In this document: in pieces, positions 25,301 through 35,838 of the stretch
How the letters are laid out: every line of letters begins with the position of its first letter
How positions within the stretch are numbered: position 1 is the first letter of the stretch
NCBI GenBank assembly: GCA_001643675.2
Contig: LSRY02000002.1
Coordinates: 1,240,001 to 1,304,000, forward strand
Reading direction: 5' to 3'
DNA: 64,000 nt
Source of the DNA: Monocercomonoides exilis PA203
Lineage: Eukaryota > Protista > Preaxostyla
Program-made: the position numbers and the translations under genes
The notes under the pieces: generated by a model
Databases searched by the model: none
What the model was told of the DNA's origin: nothing
Seen by the model: the letters and a program-made list of their open reading frames with translations, nothing else

Positions 25301-28300
25301 CATTTTCTCTTCTTCTTGTTCTTGGAGGTTCACTTAAAGTTGAGAAATGCACAGTGTCTCAAATGGCTTTTGGTTCAAGCCCTGTGATAATATCTGATAA
25401 AGCACATGCTGATCTCGGAATGTTTTCTTTTTCTTCAGTGAAACTCACAAGTTGCACATTAATCTCAATTGTTTCTGAAGAGTCAAGCAACAATCATGCA
25501 AGTGGAAATGAGGAAGCTCAATCACTAACATTGAGTTCCTGCACCTTTGAAGGGATAACCTCTTCTAGTTCAAATATAGCTTGTATTTTATCATCAACAA
25601 TTAATTCTCCAATTTTAATTGATCAATGCTCATTTCTGACTATTTCATCAAAAGATAGCAACGAAGGAGGAGCCATGGGAATATCCATTCAAGAGAAAGG
25701 TGAACTCACAGTTAACAAAACAGAAACAAGCAGATGCGAATGTGAAAGTGATGCATCGGGAAGAGGTGGGTTCCTTTTTCTGAACTGTGTGGACAATGCA
25801 AATATGATAAAATTTGAGGATTTGCATTTTACCAATAACATTGCAGCGATTGGTAAAGACATGTTCATTGTTTGCAGCGATCTCACAGAATTAGTCAATT
25901 CAACCTCATTCAGCTTTGCCATGGATATTGAACATTCCAAACGAGCAAATTCACTGATGGGTTTTGATAGGACTTATTTTGCCAATGCTGAAGATCTTTT
26001 TATTTTTATCACAGGATATTTCAACGAAACAATTCACATCGATGGGGAAAGAGGAATAAATAGCATCGCCTGTGGAAAGCCAAACTTTCCATGTAATTCG
26101 TTGAACTTAGGATTGAACAGAGCACAGGGAAAGGGAACAAAGAATCTTCTGATATCTGGGGGAAGCTTACTTCTTGAAGAAGTGTTGATGGATAATGTTG
26201 CTGTTAAATCGGAGCAAGAAAACTCATCATCAAGATTGGAAGTGAACGAGACATTGGCTAATTCTGTTGGCATTGTAATATCTGCACACCTGGCATCATT
26301 TTCTTTAATCAACTTTTCGTTGCCCGAAATTTTCACCAACTTGCAGAAAGCCTTTATGGAAACATTGGACAGTGAATCGTGCTTGAGCATTTCTGAATGT
26401 TCATTCAATCTCCAAAGAGAGGGAATATTGTCTTTCATTCTTTTGTCAGTCAAAAAAGGAGATTTAAATCTTTATTCATGCTCATTTGAAAATCTTCAAA
26501 TATTAAAGCCTTTTATTGAATTTCATCAGTCTTCAGATTCAAAAGGTGGGTCATTGACAATGGAACATTGCTTATGTAATAATGTAAATCACAGTGCCAA
26601 CAGCGCCTGTATGTTGATAACAACTATGGACAATGACGCGAATGCTATGCTATCAAATTCATCATTTACTATGTGCACAGCTGACACTAGTGATTGTGGG
26701 GGAGTGTTGCATGTGAAGATGGAGGAGGAAGGAAGATTAGAGATAAATAATACAAAAATTACATCATGCTCAGCCATTGGGGGAAACGGAGGTGGAGTGT
26801 ATTTAAATTGTCTTTCAAAGGAAAACAAGATGATTCCATTCCATTTCAAAAACATAACGTTCTCAAACAACAAAGCTCATGTTGGAAGAGACATGTTTGT
26901 GAAGTGCGTTTCAATTTCCAAACAAATCAGTGAAGAACAATTTGATTTAGACTTTCGTGAGCCACCATATGATAGGTTAAATGCGATCTGGGGTGTGGAT
27001 GAAACACTTCCAATTGAAGATGTGGATCTTATTCCTCTTATTATTGTGTATCGCAGCGAGCTGATTTTTGTATGTGGAGTGAATAATGAGGGGAACGATG
27101 CGAAGCCATGTGGGAACTCAACAACACCATGTAAATCCTTGAGTTATGGATTGACTCATATTGTGTCTTCAATATACAGTCAGCTTCTGATAGATAGAGA
27201 ATGTGACATATTACAAACTTGCACTGCAAACAGTGTGACAGCTAAGAGTCTGAATCCAGCAACGCATGCTGTTGTGCATCTGAGAACGGAGATTTCAGAA
27301 TCGCAAAGATCAGAGTGTATTTTGGAAAGTGCTGAGACCGTGAAATTTGAATGTGTTTCATTTTTATTTCAACATGGATTTATCTCAACGTGCAAAAGCA
27401 TATTCACACAGACGAATGGCTCATTGGTTGTTGCATCCTGTTTGTTTTCCTGTATTGATCAGAGCATTTGCCTCAATCAGTCATTGTTTTCAATTGCTTC
27501 AGGATCATTTGATATGAGCAGAACAAGCGTGAAACACATGATCACTTCAAGGCCGTTGTTTGAGCTGAGGAGTTCTTTTATTGCTCAGCTGCAAGCCGTT
27601 GAGTTTGGCGAATTGACATTAGGAAGCTCACTGATTGATGCTTGTGAAGGCTCAAATCTCATCATTAAAGAAATAAACACTTCAGATATCACTGTTAAAA
27701 ACAGTTCTCTAATTTCTATGAAAGAGCGAAGCATTTCAAAAATGAACGAGGAGAATCTTGAAAGTTCTATTATGATAATTCACTCGAATATCTCTGGGGT
27801 CAAACGAAGGACACAAGGTGCATGCTCGCTGTCGTTTCCTTCATCTTTTCCTACTCTTTGTCAAATCTCAAACTGCTCATTTGCTAATCATTCATCATCT
27901 TCAGCAAATGCACGGATTATTGATATGTCCAATAATGTTTCCATCGAATCTTCGTTTTTTGAAGGATATCAAAATGATACCAATATCATCGATAATTCAG
28001 CAATTGAAGATGCATGCCATTGGAACGGATCGTTGATTTATCTTTTCAACAGCACTAGCCATTTGAAGGACACAATCATCACAAACTCTGCAGAAGGGGG
28101 CATATCAATTGATCGTGGGAATGTTGACATTACCATGGGGATGTTTGTGAACAACACGCCTTCCCTTCCGCAATATGCATCGGCTCGAAGAAACATTTTC
28201 TGCGAAAATGAAGGAAAGCTCAATATTGAGAGTCTGAAAGGAGGTGATGGGATGGAGAGAAACGCATCACTGTGGATATTGAATGATGGATGCGAACTGT

Positions 28301-30006
28301 CTGGAATAGTGTTGGAAAGAGCATCAGAGTTTTTCATCCCAACGCTTGAAGCAGTGGAGATGAAGGAAGTTGGGGATACAATTGAACTGACGTTCAGAGG
28401 AACAGTTCTTCTGCCGTGCAACCTGCAGTTCCAGATTGTTTCAAGAATGGGAGAAGTCAGCTCGATTGAGACGCATGCCTTTTCAGATGAAGACTTTGTT
28501 TCAGAGGTGGAGGTGCATGGGAGGATTGGAACATCGTTGATCAGCACAGTAGGGGAGGAGGTTGAGGTCAGTGCACACATTTTGTTTGGAAATTCAAATT
28601 CCCCTTCAACAACTGAATCATTCATTTTAAAGAACCGAAGTGAAATGAAATCAGAAGCAGATGGAAAAGTTGTTGAAGGAGGAAAAGAAGGAAAGTCGTT
28701 TTGGCCAATAATAGTTATTGCAATGGCAATTATTCTTTTGATTGTTCTTGTTGGATTTATTATATTTGTTGTTCGATGGAAGAAGGCAAAGAACGAGAAC
28801 AAAGATCTGAGAGAGATTGTGAACGATAACATCAGAAAAGATCCGAAGGCATTTGAGATGGTGACGATGGAGATGTCGCCAAAAGAGCAGTGGAGGAGAG
28901 CAGAGAGAGAAGCAGAGAAGAAGAATGATGAAAGGATAAAGAAGAGGGTGTATGCGAAAAGCTTGGGACACTCGGAATCATCGGAGCATCTTCTATCTGA
29001 GAGTGGATCGACTGAATATATCTTGGGAAGAGATTCAGACAAGATTCCAGAATGGGCATTGGAAAAAGTGGAAGAAGAGGAGATAAGGAAGAGAACTCCA
29101 TCGCCATCCATTTCATCCACTTCAACAACCGACTCAGATTCAACTTTTGTTCGATCAGAGAGTCTGTGTCCAACCACCTCATCCATGTCGAATCTTGTGG
29201 ATGCAATGGCATGCTCATCGCCACACGAGAAACTGATTGTGGATCTGAGGGATTCGCTATTCATGCTTTTGCATGGAAGAAATAAGACAAAGGAAATGGC
29301 AATTGGGAGTTTGCAAGAGAGGGAGCAGACAGCTGCTCAGATCCTGTTCTGGGTGGCAAATGGAGCTCTTCATTCCTTTGATGAAATGGAAAATCCTCTT
29401 CAATCTCTTGCCAATCTGAGTCCACATATTGTGTTGTTCTCAGAACATATGATTATCTGCATTGTGATGCACTCAGATTTATTGTCCGATGATGATTCAG
29501 GTTCATCATCCATCTCTTCGTCAACTGTTGTGACATCTGCAAGTGATGGTGATGATGATGATGATTCTCTTCCCTCTTCGGCTTTTGAGGATGAAAATGA
29601 TTTCAAAAAAGAGAGTCTGAGGTGGAAGGCACCTGAGCTACTGATCAACAAGAAGATGAGTGCAACAAAGGAATCTGTTTCATTTTCAGTTGGGATGATG
29701 CTGTGGGAGTGTTTGAGTCTAAAAATTCCGTTTGGAGAGTTTGAGGCTGTAATTGCTGGACAGAAGATTGTGAATGGAGAGAGACCAAATATGGGGATGG
29801 TATGTTCATCATCCTTGGCTAAGATTATTCAATCATGTATTTCAGAAGACGTCTCAAAACGACTTGAACTCACGCATCTGAAGAGAGAGTTCATCCAGAG
29901 GTTTCCGAAAGATGCTGTTATACTCACTATTTCCGATGCCATTGACTTTGAAGAGGATTCGAACTTTCTTGAGAACAAACAAGATACTTCAGTTTGCTTC
30001 AAATAG
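22393..30006 (+). CDS. Giant intronless type-I membrane protein: Pmp/pectin-lyase-like beta-helix ectodomain, TM helix, cytoplasmic kinase-like (pseudokinase) C-lobe
   Basis: 2537-aa ORF with a hydrophobic N-terminus. Repeated GGA(I/L), FxxN, GKDMF and CG-x4-PC motifs occur in the ectodomain. The TM is WPIIVIAMAIILLIVLVGFIIFVV. The kinase C-lobe reads LRWKAPELL...SFSVGMMLWECLSLKIPFGE...GERP. Confidence 0.88.
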   Translation: MFICFYFIFLCYNIPFLVSQRLRDIIIDENLLLTSSKVSLAHCNVKMAAEENERKPKKHHFNISKNLVVENYSVSEIQDEFNVINASIAIHQLVLQQKESCYLASLKRHSFLQISSCFVSFSGKEKNCLFWGECGSISFWNISLRFSKNEYTMPSLVEVPMKNLNWIDDINTEVRDSEFSSFVQGSTPFVQLSPVASITISHCCFFNISQRKVNAKSYSSFSYLNSDKKCDLDSVNCISVQNPYLGCIVDGSTSVFICCNSSFLSCEAVTTRTNFSTGSKEFNDTTFSFKSTEILNGGAIYLTGDASLTTERCLFENCTLSKTNSRAAAVRNEGSGKWRCKNTAYQNCSVHYASGAFDIRGTGALEVSFSNITQCFSEVCLGGIEIYKQISCILKDCSFFLNEAKSTYTGALNCYLIEHNFSVISCLFHSNRAKTNAGAIRFDYRQAVKVSVTLTDCFFINNTAGEGNDIYADISWNGNLNLLATSLFSTSEQPRTIFAWATSEETSHYVIDPPNNQNKIIIATNGFDWDNCGRSDFDAFNCLTIKKGIERVKMESMSFEIKEGLFPSGEIDIGSSNVIGNGSGTLLTSIKSEMKSGEEALFRISSGKLQASEIKFIHDGSNEYCRSSSLFLMSESSGILVLYSCKITCETPSAEQFFSKPLISSEKGEVTLDLCNVEGCRSLNAFITKKCGNIVVNDTFISTMTRQTGNGGAMEVELVDDIEFIVKNVSLKQCKVRTTNDNGGGIYLVLCKNSTSNFQLDSVNVSGNDAKWGKDMFVQCVDLNGSVTTSRIVNIKNDDGDKLDFFGIDSTAFLEAPVNLSYFFLQKQSLQIEISQSGKDISGCGDEVFPCNSFWKGFKNLAIDVTNEKKELRIDGSTVIQDQFILSCLMISPKQDEKSAKLSFNSVVVNGSSEVMLLNENYLEFDRIRFNIPSSFSVSISSLISSADKGDSNLVLKNCTFENKTKDDITFSLLLVLGGSLKVEKCTVSQMAFGSSPVIISDKAHADLGMFSFSSVKLTSCTLISIVSEESSNNHASGNEEAQSLTLSSCTFEGITSSSSNIACILSSTINSPILIDQCSFLTISSKDSNEGGAMGISIQEKGELTVNKTETSRCECESDASGRGGFLFLNCVDNANMIKFEDLHFTNNIAAIGKDMFIVCSDLTELVNSTSFSFAMDIEHSKRANSLMGFDRTYFANAEDLFIFITGYFNETIHIDGERGINSIACGKPNFPCNSLNLGLNRAQGKGTKNLLISGGSLLLEEVLMDNVAVKSEQENSSSRLEVNETLANSVGIVISAHLASFSLINFSLPEIFTNLQKAFMETLDSESCLSISECSFNLQREGILSFILLSVKKGDLNLYSCSFENLQILKPFIEFHQSSDSKGGSLTMEHCLCNNVNHSANSACMLITTMDNDANAMLSNSSFTMCTADTSDCGGVLHVKMEEEGRLEINNTKITSCSAIGGNGGGVYLNCLSKENKMIPFHFKNITFSNNKAHVGRDMFVKCVSISKQISEEQFDLDFREPPYDRLNAIWGVDETLPIEDVDLIPLIIVYRSELIFVCGVNNEGNDAKPCGNSTTPCKSLSYGLTHIVSSIYSQLLIDRECDILQTCTANSVTAKSLNPATHAVVHLRTEISESQRSECILESAETVKFECVSFLFQHGFISTCKSIFTQTNGSLVVASCLFSCIDQSICLNQSLFSIASGSFDMSRTSVKHMITSRPLFELRSSFIAQLQAVEFGELTLGSSLIDACEGSNLIIKEINTSDITVKNSSLISMKERSISKMNEENLESSIMIIHSNISGVKRRTQGACSLSFPSSFPTLCQISNCSFANHSSSSANARIIDMSNNVSIESSFFEGYQNDTNIIDNSAIEDACHWNGSLIYLFNSTSHLKDTIITNSAEGGISIDRGNVDITMGMFVNNTPSLPQYASARRNIFCENEGKLNIESLKGGDGMERNASLWILNDGCELSGIVLERASEFFIPTLEAVEMKEVGDTIELTFRGTVLLPCNLQFQIVSRMGEVSSIETHAFSDEDFVSEVEVHGRIGTSLISTVGEEVEVSAHILFGNSNSPSTTESFILKNRSEMKSEADGKVVEGGKEGKSFWPIIVIAMAIILLIVLVGFIIFVVRWKKAKNENKDLREIVNDNIRKDPKAFEMVTMEMSPKEQWRRAEREAEKKNDERIKKRVYAKSLGHSESSEHLLSESGSTEYILGRDSDKIPEWALEKVEEEEIRKRTPSPSISSTSTTDSDSTFVRSESLCPTTSSMSNLVDAMACSSPHEKLIVDLRDSLFMLLHGRNKTKEMAIGSLQEREQTAAQILFWVANGALHSFDEMENPLQSLANLSPHIVLFSEHMIICIVMHSDLLSDDDSGSSSISSSTVVTSASDGDDDDDSLPSSAFEDENDFKKESLRWKAPELLINKKMSATKESVSFSVGMMLWECLSLKIPFGEFEAVIAGQKIVNGERPNMGMVCSSSLAKIIQSCISEDVSKRLELTHLKREFIQRFPKDAVILTISDAIDFEEDSNFLENKQDTSVCFK

Positions 30007-30758
30007 TGTTAAAAGCAGTAAATTTTTGGAAATAGAGCCTCTAATTGTAATCAGTCATTAATCGTCAGTAAATATTTAAAAATTTATAACATTTTTTACA
30101 AATTATTAACTTATTTTTTTGTGATAGTTTTCTTTGGAGTTTGGTGATGTTATAATTGATTATTAGTTAACTGTTAAATATTGATGTTTTGAATTTTCAC
30201 AAATCACAAACTCTCAAAAAGAAAAGAAAAAGAAAGAAAGAAATGAAAAAGATGAAACAAAGAACGATAACAATTTATCTTTGAAAATCCTTATTCATTC
30301 CTTAATTTTTGAATGAAATAATAAAAAAAGTGTTCTATGAAAAATTGAGGGTTATCGTTTTGACAGTTTTATATGAAACTTTTTGAAATAATTTTTTGAT
30401 CTGAATTTTGATAATTAATTTCGAATTCAAGGAATTTTCTGTCAGCAGTCGATTTGATCGATACCAGAAAATATACAAATTCTTGAATTTTTCATTTTAA
30501 ATTCGAAAACCAAACGTTCGTTTTCTTATGTGTTTTATAGCAACTGAGTTCTGAAATTAGTGTTTGAAGTGGAAAAAACAGTTGTCATAAAAAAAACACT
30601 TCGGGCTTGACTTCCTTATCTTATTCATAAAAATATCAACTTTTTCTGTGTTAGTCAGTGATATTTCTTCTGTTGAATTAAAGAATAAATCAACGTTTTT
30701 TTCAAATTCTTTTTATTAATGATATCCAAATTCAATCAGTTCACCCCTATTTAAATTA

Positions 30759-33552
30759 CCATCGTTGCTATACACGGAACTCAGTTCCAAACCCGGAACT
30801 GAATGTCCATCTGATTTGAGTTTCAATACAGCCTCTATCTTGAGTTTATTTCATTTTTGCAACATTTGGATCGATTATTTTCGATTAATGAATGACAACA
30901 AATGAAAACCATTGTATTATTCTGTTTTGTTCTTTAGAAAAAAGTCTCCCTAATCTGGAGAGTTTCAAGTTGAAATGAGCATGATTTGATTTATTTTCTA
31001 TGAATTCAGGAAATATTTGGAAAAAATGATAATCAAACAAATATTATTATCGTTGTTTGCTAAATTAAAACTTGTTGCATTCCGCATCTCTGTTTGTTCT
31101 TTTTTAAATGGATAAAATGGACTGCATTGTTCTCCTGATGAAAGCAATTATGTTGAATATGAGACATGCGAAAACAAGAAAACTGAAAAAAAGATAAAGC
31201 AATCAAGAAGAACGGATCCGTACAGAGCACAGTGATGATTATTGAATATTCCGAAAACCCAGATTAAGAAATCAGCACTTCTCTTTTCTATCACTTTTTG
31301 TTTTGGAATGAATTATTTTACTTATTTCAAGCTCTCTTTTTGAAAAAACAGGAGATAGCGATCTTTGGTGACTCAATTTCTTTCTGAATTAAAGTCTTTT
31401 TTAGCTTTGATTGGCTTCGTTTTCTTCCTCTTCTTCTTTCATTATTCTTTTTCGACGATTCAGAATCTTTTTCTTCGAAGGATTATTTGAAGAATCCATA
31501 AGCTTTTTGAGATCATCATGACTTCGTTAAAGTTTTGTGATGAGCGTTGACTGTTGGTGCATTGTGATTCAAATATTTTCTTTTGAGAACGAAGAATTGA
31601 GAAATTGTTTTCAGCTTCCTGTATTTGATGTTGAATCTCTTTCAACGATGTTACTTTTGAATTAAACTGAGATATGAGAGGAGGTATTTCTATGGAAGAT
31701 TTGGATGATTTTGAAGAACGAACAGGTTATTGTTTGACTGATAATGGCTTTTGCACTTTTAGGAAGTCATTTGTCACAGATTGGGCTGATTCATGTTCGC
31801 TAGCTGTTGGATTTTCGAGATCTTTCTTTGGAGAAAAATCTCCAAATAATTTATTTTCCCATGAATTAGAAGATGCTTTCTAAGCATTTTTCTAACTTGA
31901 CGAAGAGATAGGAGAACCTGATATTCTTGTTAGAACAGAAGAAGCTGCAATAGGCAACACTCCAGTTTTGACATATGATGCTTTCACAGTGGAAGGAGTT
32001 ATTGCAGCTGTCACAGCATCACGAAGAGCATTTGCGAGAGCAGATCGATAAGCACTCAAAGAAAACTTGGAAGGAGGGCAACACTTGTAGTGGAGTGTGA
32101 ACTTTAAACAAGAAAAAACATAAGATTAACATCACTGCAGCAAGTGAGTCATGTTTGGAGGAAATTTCTGTATAACTATATTATTCTTTGCGGCTTCCCT
32201 TGTCACAAATTCATCATCATGTGATCTGTGATTGTCCATCAGGAGAAGAGCTTTTTTTGTTGAAGTCGGTTTAACTTTAGAGGAAATCAGAGGAATCCAG
32301 CATCCAATCATTATTTCTCTGAAAATCTCTTTCGTTATCCATTATGATGAAGAATAAATGTCTCGAATATCAAAAGCTGACAACGAAGAGAATTCATCTT
32401 GAGTTTCTTTTTTGGGCAACAACAATAATCTTGGAAGAGAAGATCCATTTGCGCAAATGCACAAGCACAATGTACATTTGGAACATTTGGAGGTTTTGGC
32501 GGAGAATGTGGAATCTGGTTTTTCATATAAACCACAAGTTTCATTGTTGTTTCACAGCAGTTAAAAGAAGTTTCATCGAAATTGAAGATTATGGATGAAT
32601 CAATATTATGCTTTAGATAACTTCAGCTAAGTCCAAAAACCATTTTCGAATATTTTCCGTAGATTGAGCTGAAATTTTTGACATTTCCATTGGTCTGGAT
32701 AAAGCCGATTGCAATTCTTCACTTCTTTTAATAAGTTTGCAAGCATATTTGCAGTTGACTGTTTTTGGAATTTGCTTTTCGTCACATTCTTTTTCTAGCA
32801 GATCAACGTTCTTAATAAATATTGATAAGAAATCTTATGCAAATTGAAATTGACAATTAAAAAAAAACAATCGATTGAATATCTTTAACTCGAACAATCG
32901 TATCTTCAGATAACATTGCCACAACCTGATTTTCAATGGTTTCAAGCTGACTTTTGGATATCGATAATGGATGACCTTCTTGTCCAACAACTCTGCCATA
33001 ATTTTCCGCTTTGATTCCACGATACCATGCGCTTTTCGAAATAGCTCCTGATTCAATTGCTGGTTTGAAATTGACAGCATTTTTGCGTTTGATTTCGAAA
33101 ACTTTTTGGCTTGCCGATTTAATATTTCTATATTCACTTAAGGCAAGTGTACGTCTGAGCTGCAGAGGTGAAAGTTGCTGTTTATTTTCCATGGTTAAGG
33201 GTTTCGATCAATAATTCAAAATTAGTTGCAGATGGCTTTTAAATCATAAAGATGTCTTTAACAGCAAATAACAAACAGTAATTTCAAATAATTTGTTTTA
33301 GACAACAAAATATTCTGCATCTTGTCAATTAGCGAAAAAAAGAACAAATTGAAAGAGAAGCATTTGGAGTTGCTAATTCTTCTCAATCAAACAAAAAATT
33401 TAACTTATTCAACTTTTATTACTGGAAAATGAATTTATGGATTCTATTATACAAAACAGATGTGTTTTAGAACAACGAATAAGCTTCTCTGATTTTCAAA
33501 AGAATTATTCAGTTCCGGGTTTGGCACTAAGTTCCGGGAATACTCCCAATGG
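30759..33552 (-). mobile_element. Full-length pogo-like (Tc1/mariner superfamily) DNA transposon, 2794 bp
   Basis: 46-bp TIRs at 30759-30804 and 33507-33552 (37/46 match, inner 18 bp perfect). TA flanks both ends (30757-58, 33553-54). An internal DDE_1 transposase remnant is present. Confidence 0.9.
31326..33192 (-). pseudogene. Disrupted pogo-family DDE transposase
   Basis: The minus strand reads AISKSAWYRGIKA...GQEGHP (HTH region), RPMEMSKISAQSTENIRKWF, IFNFDETSF, CICANGSSLP, WITKEIF, KKALLLMDNHRSH and FPPNMTHLLQ. It is interrupted by several stops and frameshifts. The 3' end is approximate. Confidence 0.85.
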
Positions 33553-33701
33553 TATTTCAATTTTTCAAAATCATCGTGGTTTTTCCCTTCTCTCATTCGA
33601 TGATTAATAAGTCTATTAACAAAACTTCAATCAAACCCATTTTGTTTTGTTTCAACGTGTAAGCTGCATAATCAGTTGTGAATTCCTTTTTTTCATAAAT
33701 T

Positions 33702-35172
33702 GGTTTTTTTTCCTGACTTTTTTTATCCGGACAAAAATTTAAAATTAAAATATCTCAACAAATATGCAATATTAATTTTCCGAAATTTGCATAGTTGTAT
33801 GTTAGCATATATGACATCTATTCATATACAAAATTTTAAAAGCAGTGCTATATTTTTTTGAAATAAATAATTTTTATTTTTGAAAATCCGACTTTTGATG
33901 AATTTTTCTATTTTAATAACCCGATTCAATTCATCTTTTACACATGCAACTTATTTTTTCTACGTTATTAACAATTCTGGTTATTTTATATTTTCGGCAA
34001 TTTACACATTTGGACTGAATGGAAATTTGTCATTTTTAGAAATTATTGTCAATGGGACACCTTAAAAAATATTTTTCATTTTATGAAAAAGCATCCAAGT
34101 GAATTTAACACATGCATTAATAAATATAATAGTTATATAAAATCACTTCAAAGTTATAATTAAAAATGGTTCATTGAAGATTCCAAAAAATCGATATCAT
34201 TTTCATTTCCAAAAAAAAATGAACAAAAAAATCATCAACAGAAAAAACAAATTGCATTATTAAAAATCTTCACTGAACCATTTTTTATTATAACTTTGAA
34301 GTTATTTTATAAAACTGGGTGATTTTTTTTGAAAAGTCACAAATGTTTAATTCTCGATTAAATCTAAAATTTCATATTTTGCTAAATATTTTGTTTACAA
34401 ATATCAAACTTCACTTAAATGGAATCTATTTCTTGATAATGCAATTTCAAACATTCTTGAGGAGATTTGTGAGCTGAAACAGAAATTTGAGTAAAATATA
34501 AAAATTGAGATTTAATCGAGAATTAAACATTTGTGACTTTTCAAAAAAAATCACCCAGTTTTATAAAATAACTTCAAAGTTATAATAAAAAATGGTTCAG
34601 TGAAGATTTTTAATAATGCAATTTGTTTTTTCTGTTGATGATTTTTTTGTTCATTTTTTTTGGAAATGAAAATGATATCGATTTTTTGGAATCTTCAATG
34701 AACCATTTTTAATTATAACTTTGAAGTGATTTTATATAACTATTATATTTATTAATGCATGTGTTAAATTCACTTGGATGCTTTTTCATAAAATGAAAAA
34801 TATTTTTTAAGGTGTCCCATTGACAATAATTTCTAAAAATGACAAATTTCCATTCAGTCCAAATGTGTAAATTGCCGAAAATATAAAATAACCAGAATTG
34901 TTAATAACGTAGAAAAAATAAGTTGCATGTGTAAAAGATGAATTGAATCGGGTTATTAAAATAGAAAAATTCATCAAAAGTCGGATTTTCAAAAATAAAA
35001 ATTATTTATTTCAAAAAAATATAGCACTGCTTTTAAAATTTTGTATATGAATAGATGTCATATATGCTAACATACAACTATGCAAATTTCGGAAAATTAA
35101 TATTGCATATTTGTTGAGATATTTTAATTTTAAATTTTTGTCCGGATAAAAAAAGTCAGGATAAAAAAACCC
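33702..35172. mobile_element. Foldback-like palindrome, about 1.47 kb: arms 33711-34365 and 34508-35161, imperfect inner extension, ~80-bp spacer
   Basis: The arms are reverse complements, which produces identical spurious 61-aa ORFs on both strands. Ends are G-rich (GGTTTTTTT...AAAAAAACCC). No clear TSD. The palindrome is certain; the mobile-element origin is inferred. Confidence 0.7.
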
Positions 35173-35838
35173 ACACTAATAATATTCTTATATGATTATT
35201 TTGGTGATCGTTATAACCTTTTTGATAGTTATTTCCTCATTTTTCAGTTATAAAAAACGAAAAATTAACTTCTTTAAAAGTTTGTCAATTAGCTTGAATT
35301 AACAAAAATGAAAAAAATATTAAAATGTTAAGTTTGTTTATTGATTTTTTTGGATGTCTATCTTGCAGACGAATACCAATTCAAAAATAAACTTGTTTCC
35401 TAAAATAACAATATCATAAACTGAATGTATTTTACGTTTAAACTCATTTGATTTAGAGTTTTTGCTGTTGAGAAAAAAACAATATTTGAACTCAACTTTT
35501 AATGCAATTATTTCGGTGTTCGAAATATTTTTATGCTAAAAAATACTTTGAAAAACTGTTGAATAACGATTTTCATTTGTATTTTTTGAATGGAACAAAA
35601 TAATGAAATCAAAAAGTTTTATTCATTTTTAATTTTAAAATCCCTTTAAGATTTTTAAAAATTTTGGTCAAGACTCCAACTGAAGTTTGATTACAAAAAG
35701 GATCAGCTATATATACTTTTGAACAACTTTTTGTGACAAACAACAATTGTGATTGATTTGGTGATTATTTCAGATAAAAATATTTATTTGCAAAGATTTT
35801 CTGTTAAAATGTCACTTTAAATTGTTCAGAAATGAATA

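Noticed and set aside
28038-29264. 408-aa antisense ORF in the receptor gene
   Set aside because: It is a codon-aligned shadow with no independent motifs.
33880-34992. Two identical 61-aa ORFs on opposite strands
   Set aside because: They are a by-product of the palindrome: TTG start, AT-rich, no protein-like features.
33690-35182. 9-bp Mutator-type TSD around the foldback
   Set aside because: The flanks (tcataaatt versus acactaata) do not match, so the superfamily is left unassigned.
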